Assembly: GCA_947074205.1 (NCBI GenBank)
Contig: CAMTOQ010000014.1
Coordinates: 400-64,399 of the forward strand
Direction: 5' to 3'
DNA: 64,000 nt
Source of the DNA: an uncultured Bacteroides sp.
GTDB taxonomy: Bacteria; Bacteroidota; Bacteroidia; Bacteroidales; Bacteroidaceae
Below, piece by piece: positions 19,401 to 28,600 of this stretch (positions within the stretch are counted from its first letter, which is position 1; each line of letters opens with the position of its first letter). The notes below the pieces were generated by a model. The model was not told the origin of the DNA, did not search any database, and worked only from the letters and a program-made list of their open reading frames with translations. The position numbers were made by a program, and so were the translations under genes.

Positions 19401-19684
19401 AAGTTACCATCAAAATCGGTTACAGTCCCCACAGATGTTCCTTTTACAAGAACAGACACACCAATCATCGGAGTTCCTGTCTCATCTAAAACCTGTCCTG
19501 TTACTGTACGATTCTGCTTAGCCTCTTGGCTAATAGCATCATTCACATCATAGTTTGCACTCTCTGTAGCATAAGAAAAACCCGCAAATAAACTCATCGT
19601 AGCCGACAAGCATAGTAGTTTAAAGGTGTTGGTTACTTTTCTTAATAAAAATGCATCATGACATTTAATCATGTCTTTTCTCAT
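16463..19684 (-). CDS. susC: SusC/RagA TonB-dependent transporter
   Basis: LDEVVVIGYG, LKDASSTAVYGSQGANGVIIITTK plug signature, C-terminal Phe; no STN signalling domain. Confidence 0.96.
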   Translation of the reverse strand: MRKDMIKCHDAFLLRKVTNTFKLLCLSATMSLFAGFSYATESANYDVNDAISQEAKQNRTVTGQVLDETGTPMIGVSVLVKGTSVGTVTDFDGNFTLNLPSNSNTLEFSYIGYNPKVVTVGNNTQFNIKLDPDTQALDEVVVIGYGTVKKRDLTGAVSSVKSSDITLSPSSNPMAALQGRVAGLDITQSSGQAGAGVNMQLRGNRSFSASGNPMFIIDGMPGDYSTLNPNDIESIEVLKDASSTAVYGSQGANGVIIITTKKGSEGKMAVNLNIHGGFNGWSKLPTMRMGDSYVDVLRQANQIAGTYSNDEGLFSSPEAYQAALNNQYINWGDELLQNGFVQNYSVSVSGGTDKTKAYFSLNFSDEKGQYSGDNYKVYSTNMSIDQKVTPWLSAGVNMQASYVHQDRAYSRLINALTAVPLGTTHNEDGSVNITPVPGDGNTINLMLNEDKSVYRNNVQNFKMYLSPYIEVRPFKGFSIQSRVNASLNFNRTNYFQGIGSYQYYVADGPDATKTSTNVFARINNNRSYNYKWENIFNYGFTINNEHNIAITGVTSWNHNQNDQAQQYQDNIKNNSYLWHNMNGNGQVYSNYTMSKGMGLVGRVNYSYLSKYLFSASVRHDGSSRLSSDNRWSTFPAVSAGWVVSEEKFMEPTRKYLDNFKIRVGYGVTGAASINPYSTVATLEDGYYSLGGELVPTYLFSQNISNTGLTWEKSHNTNFGVDLAFFNRRIDLTMDYYITKTDGVIWNQSLPIVNGGYNSTTQYTIARNIAKTKNNGFEMTLNTHNFATRDFTWDTTLTFTLNNEKVESLVGGTSDHIKNANTDYWLNIGHPVNSFYAYKIDGMWQKNELVDAAAFGSNPGDIKINVPNMKKYADGQFYKVGADGQPLTNANGEVIYYNAENPYAYSENDNQVIGHNSPKWTMGFQNRFTYKGFDLTIYAFFRWGQMIKYDMMGYYDPTGVGNFPTYFNYWTEDNPSNDFPALNANRSINSYTGYASLNYVDGSYFKIKNITLGYTFPQSVLKKARFSNCRVYATLTNPLVIAKSHLLKDYDPEMNGSFNYPLTKQLVFGLNLSF

Positions 19685-19726
19685 TTTATATCAGTTAACA
19701 AATTAATAAATAATTATTTTCATTTT

Positions 19727-19966
19727 CTAGTTCTCGAGTGCCAACGAGTCGAATATTCGGTTTTTAAGCTCGTTGCATTCTGAGTTATTCAAACATACCT
19801 CCACACTCTCGGAGGCTAATAGTATCTGTATAGCTTCGTCGTATATATCCCTATATTGTATATTCCCTAACGATAGTTCTTGCCATTTATTGGCTTCACC
19901 ATCTAAAACATATTTGATAAAAGTATCATCAGTAAGATAATCTTCTAGTTTATTGTACATCATCAT
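19727..19966 (-). CDS. 79-aa protein resembling the cytoplasmic N-terminus of Bacteroidales FecR anti-sigma factors
   Basis: LEDYLTDDTFIKYV resembles the EDFLxDxxFxxW start of FecR-type anti-sigmas; directly downstream of the ECF sigma; no TM or FecR domain. Confidence 0.65.
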   Translation of the reverse strand: MMMYNKLEDYLTDDTFIKYVLDGEANKWQELSLGNIQYRDIYDEAIQILLASESVEVCLNNSECNELKNRIFDSLALEN

Positions 19967-20000
19967 ATCTTTTTACTTTCGTTCTTCTCATTTAAATAAA

Positions 20001-20026
20001 GACGAACATAAAAGAATAGTGTACTC
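20001..20026 (-). promoter_or_regulatory. Putative ECF promoter GAGTAC-N16-CGTC for the small gene-susC-susD unit
   Basis: Minus strand GAGTAC actattcttttatgtt CGTC. Confidence 0.75.
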
Positions 20027-20048
20027 AACAATTAATTTAAATGAGATT

Positions 20049-20603
20049 TTAGCCTACAAGTGTACGTAGTTTGGTGAGGCTTCTGTGCATTAGGTTTCGA
20101 ACTGATTGATAGTTCATATTCATGATAACGCAAATATCTTCATACTTCTTTTCTTCTAAGTAATAAAGCGTAAGAACTTCGCGCTGGCGAGGAGAAAGCT
20201 GTATTAAAAGCTTTTTCACCATCAGGTTTTCAATTTGTGTTTGTTCTTTAACTAGATAGCTTTGCTCCAAGTCTCCCGCATCGCAAGCTGTGTTTAAATC
20301 ATCCACCGCTGTATCTGAAATATACATTCTCTTACGATACTCATCAAAAATTTTATTCTTTAATGATATAAAAAGATAGGATTTAAAATTGTTGATAATA
20401 TCCAATTCGTTCTTCTTAGAGTATAGTTTCACAAACACATCGTGAATACAATCCTTAAGAAGCTCTTTATCTGTAGTCAGCTTACTTCCATAATTAAGCA
20501 ATATATTAATATGCATATCATACAAAGTAGAAAAGGCAGTCACATCTCCTGACTGGAAATCCGTAATTAAGCTAACGACTCTATCATTTGAATATTTGTT
20601 CAT
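20049..20603 (-). CDS. ECF RNA polymerase sigma factor
   Basis: Region 2 (DCIHDVFVKL...SYLFISLKN) and region 4 (LSPRQREVLTL...YEDIC.IM.MNYQSVRNLMHR). Confidence 0.93.
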   Translation of the reverse strand: MNKYSNDRVVSLITDFQSGDVTAFSTLYDMHINILLNYGSKLTTDKELLKDCIHDVFVKLYSKKNELDIINNFKSYLFISLKNKIFDEYRKRMYISDTAVDDLNTACDAGDLEQSYLVKEQTQIENLMVKKLLIQLSPRQREVLTLYYLEEKKYEDICVIMNMNYQSVRNLMHRSLTKLRTLVG

Positions 20604-20631
20604 CACAGTACATTTAATAGTTTTGATGATG

Positions 20632-20639
20632 CAAATGTA
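20632..20639 (-). promoter_or_regulatory. Bacteroidetes housekeeping -7 element (TAnnTTTG) for the ECF gene
   Basis: Minus strand TACATTTG about 28 bp before the start; no clear -33 TTTG. Confidence 0.6.
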
Positions 20640-20786
20640 GAGTGTTAGCTCAGCTATATCAGGTAAATTTTGGTCCAGGAACTGAAATTATAGATAAGCT
20701 GTTGTAAAACACATCTTATTTAAAATTACATCTCCTTTACAATGTGATGCCTTTTTCTTAAAATACCCGAATCGAAGATCAAAAGA

Positions 20787-23700
20787 CTACTTAATCTTCC
20801 TAAACCAATAAATACCAATTGGGTTTTCAGTAGTATCTAAAGAGTATAAACCTTTGATTTTAATAGACTTATCAATCAACACCGTTTCCCCCGTATTTGG
20901 GTTAACAAATGATAGACTATATTCACCATTCTCCATATTTATGGGAATTTTTGTTCCCAAATGGGAATAAATGATACTTCCGATATCAGATTTTACCAAT
21001 ATTTCATAATCCGTATTAAGTGTTTCTACCGGTTCCATTTGCGCAATAGCACTCAATAAAGTAGAATCTTTAACCGGAATATTTGGACATGAACCACCAG
21101 CCATAGCGATGGCCCAACCATGATCAGGGTAATTTTGTGCAAAGAACGTAACAGCCTTATCAGGGAATCGAGTTTTGTATTCACTCACTGCCTTATAGGC
21201 TTCTGCATAAGAAACCTTACCTACCTTCATCTTTCGTGCATGTTGTCTTGGCGCTAAATTCACACCACCTTGAGGGGCATAAAGTCCATCGGTTTTATAG
21301 TGCCAATAACGAATATCTATAATGTCGATTACATCTGTATAATTTGGATTTGCAAGAATAGCATCTTGAACATCTTTTGTAGTACTCAAGGCAACTACGG
21401 CATCATTGCCAGTTTCTTGTTCCCACTCTTTGATTACATCCAACCAGAATTCCACAAAATGTTGAGGACCGGTAAACTCTGAACTAATGAGTTGCACCAC
21501 ATTGGGCATGCCGACAAAGTTGTCTAAGCATTGACGAATATACTGTTTATGCAATTCTCGACGTACAGGGTGAGTGACATCATAAAATTCATCAGCAACA
21601 AAAATGCGCTTGTCACCACTGAAATTTACCGGTTCCTGAAAACCTGTATTATTGATATTATTTGCCGATCGCCAAGGAGAATCTACCCAATGTGCACCAG
21701 CCTCAAGAATATTATGCTGAAAATAGTTTTGATGAAATAAAAGCTGTCCTTTTTCACCTCCTTTTACTGCATATTCTTTCAATCTATCCCAGTACCAAGC
21801 ATTAGGGCGAGTCAAGTCGTATTTAGTCAAACCATCCCAAGCCACACCTTCACCACTACGAGCAAATGGCTGTTCATAGAATGGCCCCCAAACATCAGCA
21901 TCTCGGCGTTTGATGCGTTCGTGGTCATCACGACGTCTATCAGTCCACAATCCATAGTTATGATCTAATATTAAAATATCATTATCAGCCATTGTTGCAA
22001 CTAGAGTGTCCACCTTATCAGTTAGCCCAAGCCCTTCACGACCGGGAACAAAACGAGTAATGTGTGGCTTCGCTTTAGGTAGGAAAGAATTTTTCAAACT
22101 ACCATTCCACCAAGGCGCATCATGTTTGGTCCCTACCATCAGTGCACCATCAGCAACTAAGCGACCATTTTCGATAGTTATCTTTGGAGTAGGAGTGTTA
22201 GTAACTCTCGTTTTTGTAGTTTTAATCTTATCGACAGACAGCAGTTTGTTGGAAACTGTATCGACAGAAGCCGGAGCATTTCTAATCCAGTCTACTAGTT
22301 GCAATCTAGGAAGGAGAGATTCACGGGCCATTTGCTGGGCTACCTCTACTGTTGGACTACTAGTGCTATTAGTTGAAAGGGGAAGGATTCTCGCAGATTC
22401 CGACACATCCTTATTTAAGCGCTGAGCTAATTGATAATAGAAAATACTTCGAGGGCGAAGGTGGTTGTTAGAATGAGCCCACTCTCCATTGCCCGAGAAC
22501 TGTGCCCATGTGCCATAAGCTCTATTCTTGGCATCCTCAGCAGGACTATAACACTCAATTTCTGATGCGGTAGATTGCCAAAACAAGCTATTTGCCGTAT
22601 TCCAACCTGCGCCATTCTTATTCTGACCTAGGTTTTTAAATGAAAGGTTATTGCCTTCGATGTTCACAATATCAAATAAGATACCGGGAGCCATCGCACC
22701 TATCGCTCCACTAAAGCTAAAGTTATCTTTTGCCTCACATTGCACAAAAGCATTAGGGCCTGCGGCATACGCACCCACTGCAAAGTCGTGCTTTCCACCC
22801 TCAGAGTAAAGACGTTGAAAAAGAGTTTGCTGGCCCATCGTCAAGAAGGTCTCGCGACGCATACCCGCTATTTCAGACACAGGATCAAGAGATACACAGT
22901 CTTGAACTGTTATTTTAGAAGCATACGATTGCACGAAGACAGCACTACCAGCAAGGTTTCTGAAATCTACATCTCTCACCCAGCAGTTCTCCGCATTATC
23001 AATAGATATTCCTACCCATGCGTGATCCTCATCTTTAGGGTATTTAGGATTGTAGCTAGACGAAAGAGTCAAGTTCTCAACAGCAATATTCTCTACCCTA
23101 TCCTTCCAGATGTAAGAGACCACATAGCTATCGCCCCATTGCTTATCTAAAGCAAGCGTCAAAGGTGCATCAATAGTAATATCATTGCCGTTTATAGCAG
23201 TAATCATTCTATCCCAGCGCAAATCGATGTCACCGGGTTTCCATCCTAAGGCACTAATACCTCCTCCATAGGTATAGCAGCCCACAGACTCGATCCACTC
23301 CTTAGTAGATGGTCGAACAATCTGAACTCTATCGCCTACTTTCAAGCCGGCTACACTAGCCAACTGCAAAGACATAGAGTTGACAGGCACATAATCTGCA
23401 GCAACCATAGTAGTATCCAAAGGAGCAATATTTCTGTTACCTTCTATGTAAACAATTGCACCTCTGTCTACTCCATCCTTTTGCAATATAGTTTTGCCTC
23501 TACTTTTACCTCGTAGCACCACACCACTTGTAGTTAACCGAAGACTTTCTTTGAGTTGAAACACACCTTCATCCAAAAGAACGGCACCTCTAAACCCATC
23601 TTTCTGCATCTTCAATGATGCTACATGGTCCAGTGCTTTCTGTATGCGCTCAGAGTTATCACCCTCTTGCCAACTTACAAAAACCACATTACGCACATTG

Positions 23701-23876
23701 GGAATTTCTGCTTCAGAACTCTTATAACCACAGTAAGAGAAGTCAATCACTCGATTGCCCTTTTCATCTAGGTTATAAATTATCGAATCGTTCTTTACAT
23801 CTAAAGCAAGGGTCTGCGCAAAACCTTGCACAAACCCTAAACTCATTAAAGCTATTACGCCTAGTCTTTTTCTCAT
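20787..23876 (-). CDS. Secreted beta-helix (pectate-lyase-like) plus DUF6298-like two-domain protein
   Basis: Signal peptide; IDFSYCGY and IQKALD...GAVLLDEG beta-helix start; C-terminal half with DRRRDDH, EAGAHW, DIRYW. Confidence 0.65.
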   Translation of the reverse strand: MRKRLGVIALMSLGFVQGFAQTLALDVKNDSIIYNLDEKGNRVIDFSYCGYKSSEAEIPNVRNVVFVSWQEGDNSERIQKALDHVASLKMQKDGFRGAVLLDEGVFQLKESLRLTTSGVVLRGKSRGKTILQKDGVDRGAIVYIEGNRNIAPLDTTMVAADYVPVNSMSLQLASVAGLKVGDRVQIVRPSTKEWIESVGCYTYGGGISALGWKPGDIDLRWDRMITAINGNDITIDAPLTLALDKQWGDSYVVSYIWKDRVENIAVENLTLSSSYNPKYPKDEDHAWVGISIDNAENCWVRDVDFRNLAGSAVFVQSYASKITVQDCVSLDPVSEIAGMRRETFLTMGQQTLFQRLYSEGGKHDFAVGAYAAGPNAFVQCEAKDNFSFSGAIGAMAPGILFDIVNIEGNNLSFKNLGQNKNGAGWNTANSLFWQSTASEIECYSPAEDAKNRAYGTWAQFSGNGEWAHSNNHLRPRSIFYYQLAQRLNKDVSESARILPLSTNSTSSPTVEVAQQMARESLLPRLQLVDWIRNAPASVDTVSNKLLSVDKIKTTKTRVTNTPTPKITIENGRLVADGALMVGTKHDAPWWNGSLKNSFLPKAKPHITRFVPGREGLGLTDKVDTLVATMADNDILILDHNYGLWTDRRRDDHERIKRRDADVWGPFYEQPFARSGEGVAWDGLTKYDLTRPNAWYWDRLKEYAVKGGEKGQLLFHQNYFQHNILEAGAHWVDSPWRSANNINNTGFQEPVNFSGDKRIFVADEFYDVTHPVRRELHKQYIRQCLDNFVGMPNVVQLISSEFTGPQHFVEFWLDVIKEWEQETGNDAVVALSTTKDVQDAILANPNYTDVIDIIDIRYWHYKTDGLYAPQGGVNLAPRQHARKMKVGKVSYAEAYKAVSEYKTRFPDKAVTFFAQNYPDHGWAIAMAGGSCPNIPVKDSTLLSAIAQMEPVETLNTDYEILVKSDIGSIIYSHLGTKIPINMENGEYSLSFVNPNTGETVLIDKSIKIKGLYSLDTTENPIGIYWFRKIK

Positions 23877-23897
23877 TATTATTCTAATTCACAAGAA

Positions 23898-25583
23898 TTA
23901 TTGAATCAAGCTTTTACGCTTCGCCAAAGTATCATAGTTATTCTCCACCTTAGTCCAGTCTACTTTAACTGTAGGATCGATGCCATTGATATACTTTTCA
24001 ATATTTGTATAGCCATCACCATTCATATCAAGATTTGCATCCGAAGGATCGTTTGGATTCAAGCCGTACTTTATTTCCCAAGCATCAGGCATACCATCGC
24101 CATCAGAATCTACATAAGGAGTACCTTTATATTCTGGCAGGCCACCCACCTGACTAATATGTGTAATGATACCATTCTTATAGGAATCAGCAGGAAGTCT
24201 ACGCTTTACATAAGGAGTTTCAAATGGTTGAGCATCTTTCTCGTAGATAGCCTTACCCGTACGTACTGTCTTTATCACGCGAGTATCTACGGCATCACGT
24301 TTAGGGAAAGTAGCACCTACATTGTTCAATACAAAGTTGTAGGCATCTTTTGTATCCATAATAGTTACGTTAGGCATCTCGAAAGGCACATCTACTTTTA
24401 TTTTCTCCATGTAGCCATCTGCGTTGGGTTGCTTGTGTATTTGCACACCACCATCCCAGTTATTTGCAGTTACCTGTTTATTGCCTTCTACTATATTACC
24501 GGCTACATAAGCTTGACCGAATGCTTCTGGCTGACTTTTATCACGCCCTGCCTCAGGTTTTAGAATTCGATAAGAGATAGGTTGATCTTTAGGCGTGATA
24601 GGACCAGGTTTATAGTAATTATTGATGATATTATAGCGACTAGTTTTATCACCACCATCTACAGAGCGATTCCACCAGTTGAAGATCACATTGTTCACTA
24701 AGTTAAAATCCTCATCCATACCAATAGAGCAGTTGCGGCTGATGTTTGATGCGAATAGATTACGAGCAAACATACTGTTATGTCCACCGATAGTAGCTCC
24801 AAAAGCATGGTTGTAAGTATCTAAACCTTCAGAGAAGATAGAGTTTTGAATTGTTATGTTTACAGTAGGCAATTTAAGTCCTTTGCCATTTTCATCGCGG
24901 TCGTAAACATGACGATAGATAGACATCACTTCGTCCAATCCCCAGCTAGCCGAGCAGTGATCGAGGATAACATTGCCAACAGTGTTACCCCCTAATGCAT
25001 CTTCACGAAAGGCTACATCGGTTGCACCACGGCGGAAACGCATGTGACGTATGATAATATCGTGTGTATCTAGTAAAAAAGACTCCCCAGTGACACAAAC
25101 ACCATCGCCGGGTGCGGTTTGACCTGCAATAGTAATATAAGGAGCACGAACATTAATAGGAGTTTTTAGATTGATAACACCTGACACATTGAAAACAACA
25201 ATACGAGCACCACCCGTTTCGCATGCTTCGCGCAAAGTACCAGGACCGCTATCTTCGAGAGATGTTACTACAATCACTTTCCCGCCACGTCCACCAGGTG
25301 TGTAAGCGCCACCACCTTCAGCGCCAGGAAAAGCCGGGATATTAGCAGCATCCAAATCCTCCGGTTTCGAAGCCCAAGGCCTATATGGTCTTCCTTTCAA
25401 TGCTTCATCTAAAACAATGGGCAATGCCTTCTCCCAAGCAGCGTCAGATTTGCGTTCGAACTCTGCCTCTTGCATTTTACCTCTCTGCTTAATCGAATCG
25501 GGAATAGTAGGATATTGTGCCGATACTGTTTGCGCTGCAACAGCTATCACTGCTGTAGCTACCACTTTCTTAATAGCTTTCAT
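23898..25583 (-). CDS. PL1 pectate lyase (Bacteroidetes type)
   Basis: AFPGAEGGG..TPGGRGG, IAGQTAPGDG, DHCSASWGLDE, NNYYKPGP, C-terminal DSDGDGMPDAWE. Confidence 0.9.
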   Translation of the reverse strand: MKAIKKVVATAVIAVAAQTVSAQYPTIPDSIKQRGKMQEAEFERKSDAAWEKALPIVLDEALKGRPYRPWASKPEDLDAANIPAFPGAEGGGAYTPGGRGGKVIVVTSLEDSGPGTLREACETGGARIVVFNVSGVINLKTPINVRAPYITIAGQTAPGDGVCVTGESFLLDTHDIIIRHMRFRRGATDVAFREDALGGNTVGNVILDHCSASWGLDEVMSIYRHVYDRDENGKGLKLPTVNITIQNSIFSEGLDTYNHAFGATIGGHNSMFARNLFASNISRNCSIGMDEDFNLVNNVIFNWWNRSVDGGDKTSRYNIINNYYKPGPITPKDQPISYRILKPEAGRDKSQPEAFGQAYVAGNIVEGNKQVTANNWDGGVQIHKQPNADGYMEKIKVDVPFEMPNVTIMDTKDAYNFVLNNVGATFPKRDAVDTRVIKTVRTGKAIYEKDAQPFETPYVKRRLPADSYKNGIITHISQVGGLPEYKGTPYVDSDGDGMPDAWEIKYGLNPNDPSDANLDMNGDGYTNIEKYINGIDPTVKVDWTKVENNYDTLAKRKSLIQ

Positions 25584-25623
25584 TAATTATCGTCTAAATT
25601 TAGAAGTCATTCTTTTCATTAAA

Positions 25624-25649
25624 GACGAATAGCGAAAGGTTTTGTAATC
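25624..25649 (-). promoter_or_regulatory. Putative ECF promoter GATTAC-N16-CGTC for the PL1-DUF6298 unit
   Basis: Minus strand GATTAC aaaacctttcgctatt CGTC, immediately after the HTCS stop codon. Confidence 0.72.
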
Positions 25650-25650
25650 T

Positions 25651-28600
25651 TTATTGTTTCACTTTTCTCCACTCGACCATATACTCGCGCGGAGTTTGAT
25701 TGTATTTCTTGCGAAAACACTTACTAAAGTACCCTGAGTCTTTAAAGCCAACAGCATAAGCAATCTCAGCGATAGATAAATCTGAATTTTTAATCATATC
25801 TAGCGATTTGTTCAATCTGATCTCCTTCACTAAGTCGACCGGTGCAAAACCGGTAAGTCCTTTTAGCTTCTTAAAGAAAGCCGATCTACTAAGCCCTATC
25901 GTAGTGGCAATAGTGTCAATGTTAAAATCACTATTCTCCAGATTGCTCTCGATGACGTCATGTATCTTCTCGATAAACTGCACATCCTTCTTTACAAGGA
26001 ACTGCTCATATTGATCTTTTTCGCATGCAGCATCTACCTCCTGACTATCCGTCTTCCATACTCTCTCTTGGAAAAGCTTACGTTCGCTAAGTAGTTGTTC
26101 TACACGAGCCATAAGGTAGTCCTTGCTGAATGGTTTGATGATGTATGCATTTGCACCCATGCTTATCGCTTTGGTCTTCGCCTCGTCATTACCTTTAGCA
26201 GTTAAAATGATTACAGGAATATGGCTAATTTGGAAATCGCTACGGATATGCTTCAACATATTCAAACCATCCATGTTTGGCATCATCTGATCGGTAACCA
26301 CGATATCAGGATGATAAAGGTGAATTTTCTTTAGACCATCTGCACCATCGCAAGCAGTATAAACATTATAGCTATCTTCCAATTGCAGACGCAACATATT
26401 ACAAAGATCTTTATTATCCTCCACTACTAGCAAGTTGGGCAAAGATGTGTCTGCAACAACAACTTCTTCCAAAGAGTCTTCGCTCTCTATACTGGTTTCC
26501 TCCGATTCGAGAGTAGAGACATCATCATTCTCACCCATATAGAAATCTACATCCGAAGTCTTATAGTGCTCTTTATTCATTTGAAGGGTAATAACAAATG
26601 TGGAACCTGCCCCTTCTGTACTCTCCACAGACAAGTTGCCATGATGAAGATTAACTATCTCCTTGGAGAGAGCCAGTCCAATGCCTGAGCCTTGATACTG
26701 AGTGCTTCTAGCATTATCGGCCTGCGCAAAGCGATCGAAAATCACTGCTAGTTTACTTTGAGGAATGCCTACACCATTATCTTCAATACGAATGATACAT
26801 TGAGAGTTATCATCGCTAAGCATGGTAGATACAAACACACTCCCACCCGAGGAGGTAAATTTAAAGGCATTCGATAAAATATTACGAACCACTATCCCAA
26901 GTTTATCTTTATCGGCCCAAACCTTAAGTCCTTCTTCCGGAAGTTGAAACAGAAAGCTCACTTCGTTTTCATGGGCTAAAACACGAAACTCTTTTTCGAA
27001 TGAAGATAAAAGCTGATTAATATCAATCAAGGATACATGCAAGCGCATCTTTCCATTCTGAATCTTTCTGAAATCTAGAATCTGATTGACTAATTGCACC
27101 ATCTGAGTGATGTTGCGTTCCATCAAATCGACATATTGCTTACCTTTTTCACTCAAATCTTCCTTCTCCTTTAGCTCCTGAATAGGGCCTTTGATCAGAG
27201 TCAATGGCGTACGCAACTCGTGCGATATATTGGTAAAGAATTTAATCTTCAATTCGGAAAGCTTTTGTTCGATATAGATATCATTCTTCATCCTAATCAT
27301 ATAGTATGATAGTCTGAAAGCCAGATAGAGCAGCACTATGGCTAATACTGCATATACCACATAAGCCCAGAAGCTAGCCCACCATGGTGGAAGAATTGTA
27401 ACAGATATACTTCTGGAAGACTCCACATCAGGGTTTGCCTCATCAATAGTTTTTACTACAAAATTATATTTTCCTGGAGGCACATTAGTATAAGAGGCAA
27501 TACGGTTTTTGCCATTATAATGCCATTCTTTTTCATACCCTTCTAGGATATACTTGTAAGAGATTCTATTTTGATTGCTAAAGTTGAGTGCGGCATATTC
27601 GAAAGTAAACATAGACTGATTGTGTTCCAATATGAGCCCGTCCACATAAGGAATTGCGTAGTCAATGATGGTGCTTGCAGAAGCACTTGTTACTTCTGTA
27701 TTTGAAACACGGCAACCAACAATAAATGTCTTATACCTACTTTGTTGACTCTCTAGTTTATCGGGCGAAAAGATTAACACCCCATTACGACAACCTAGCC
27801 AAATTTCTCCCTCTTGCGTGAATATAGCTGCATTGTCTTCGGCTGCCACAGATGGAAGACCATCATAAGCATCGAAGTTTCTAATTCTATCGGTTCTTAA
27901 ATCATAGTATGACAGACCACTTTCGGTGGTAAACCAAAGCTGATCCTTAGAATCTTCAACCATAGAGACAACAACATCGTTTGTAAGACCTTCGCGCAAG
28001 CCAATAGACCTAAATTCCGGCGTATTATTTACGTTATTGTAACCAACCATTTTACTTAAGCCTCCACCAAACATAGAGACCCAAACTTGCGAATAGCTGT
28101 CTTTAAAGAGCATATATACATCACTATCAATAAAGCCTCTATTCTTCTTTCTATAAGATTCAAAATTTATTTCGCCTACAGACCCGAAGTTGCTATCAAA
28201 GGAAATCAAACCGTCCATTGTACCCACCCATATACGTCCGTTGTTATCCTCCAAGATATTTCGCACCTCCATGTAGAGACCATTGTCGGGATAGCTTCTA
28301 AACCCATTGTTCACATTCCAGAATTTGGTTTTTCCATCCTCCTCATAGAGCAGATTCAGCGCACCGTCTAATAATCCGGCCCATATACGACCTTTTTTAT
28401 CTTCATAAATATAGTAAACATCGTTACCGCTTAAAGAAGTGGGATCATTATCATCACTAACGAAGTACTGAAATTGATAGCCATCAGAGGATTTATCATC
28501 GGGAGTGCATTTAATCAAACCGTTTCCTTTGGTAGCAAACCAGAGATTACCATTTCGATCTTCCATGATCTTATAAATAGCACCGGTGTTATGAGTTTCA

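Noticed and set aside
20641-20700. HTCS direct-repeat operator upstream of the sigma gene
   Set aside because: Only a weak AAATT repeat at 20-bp spacing; not distinguishable from AT-rich background by eye.
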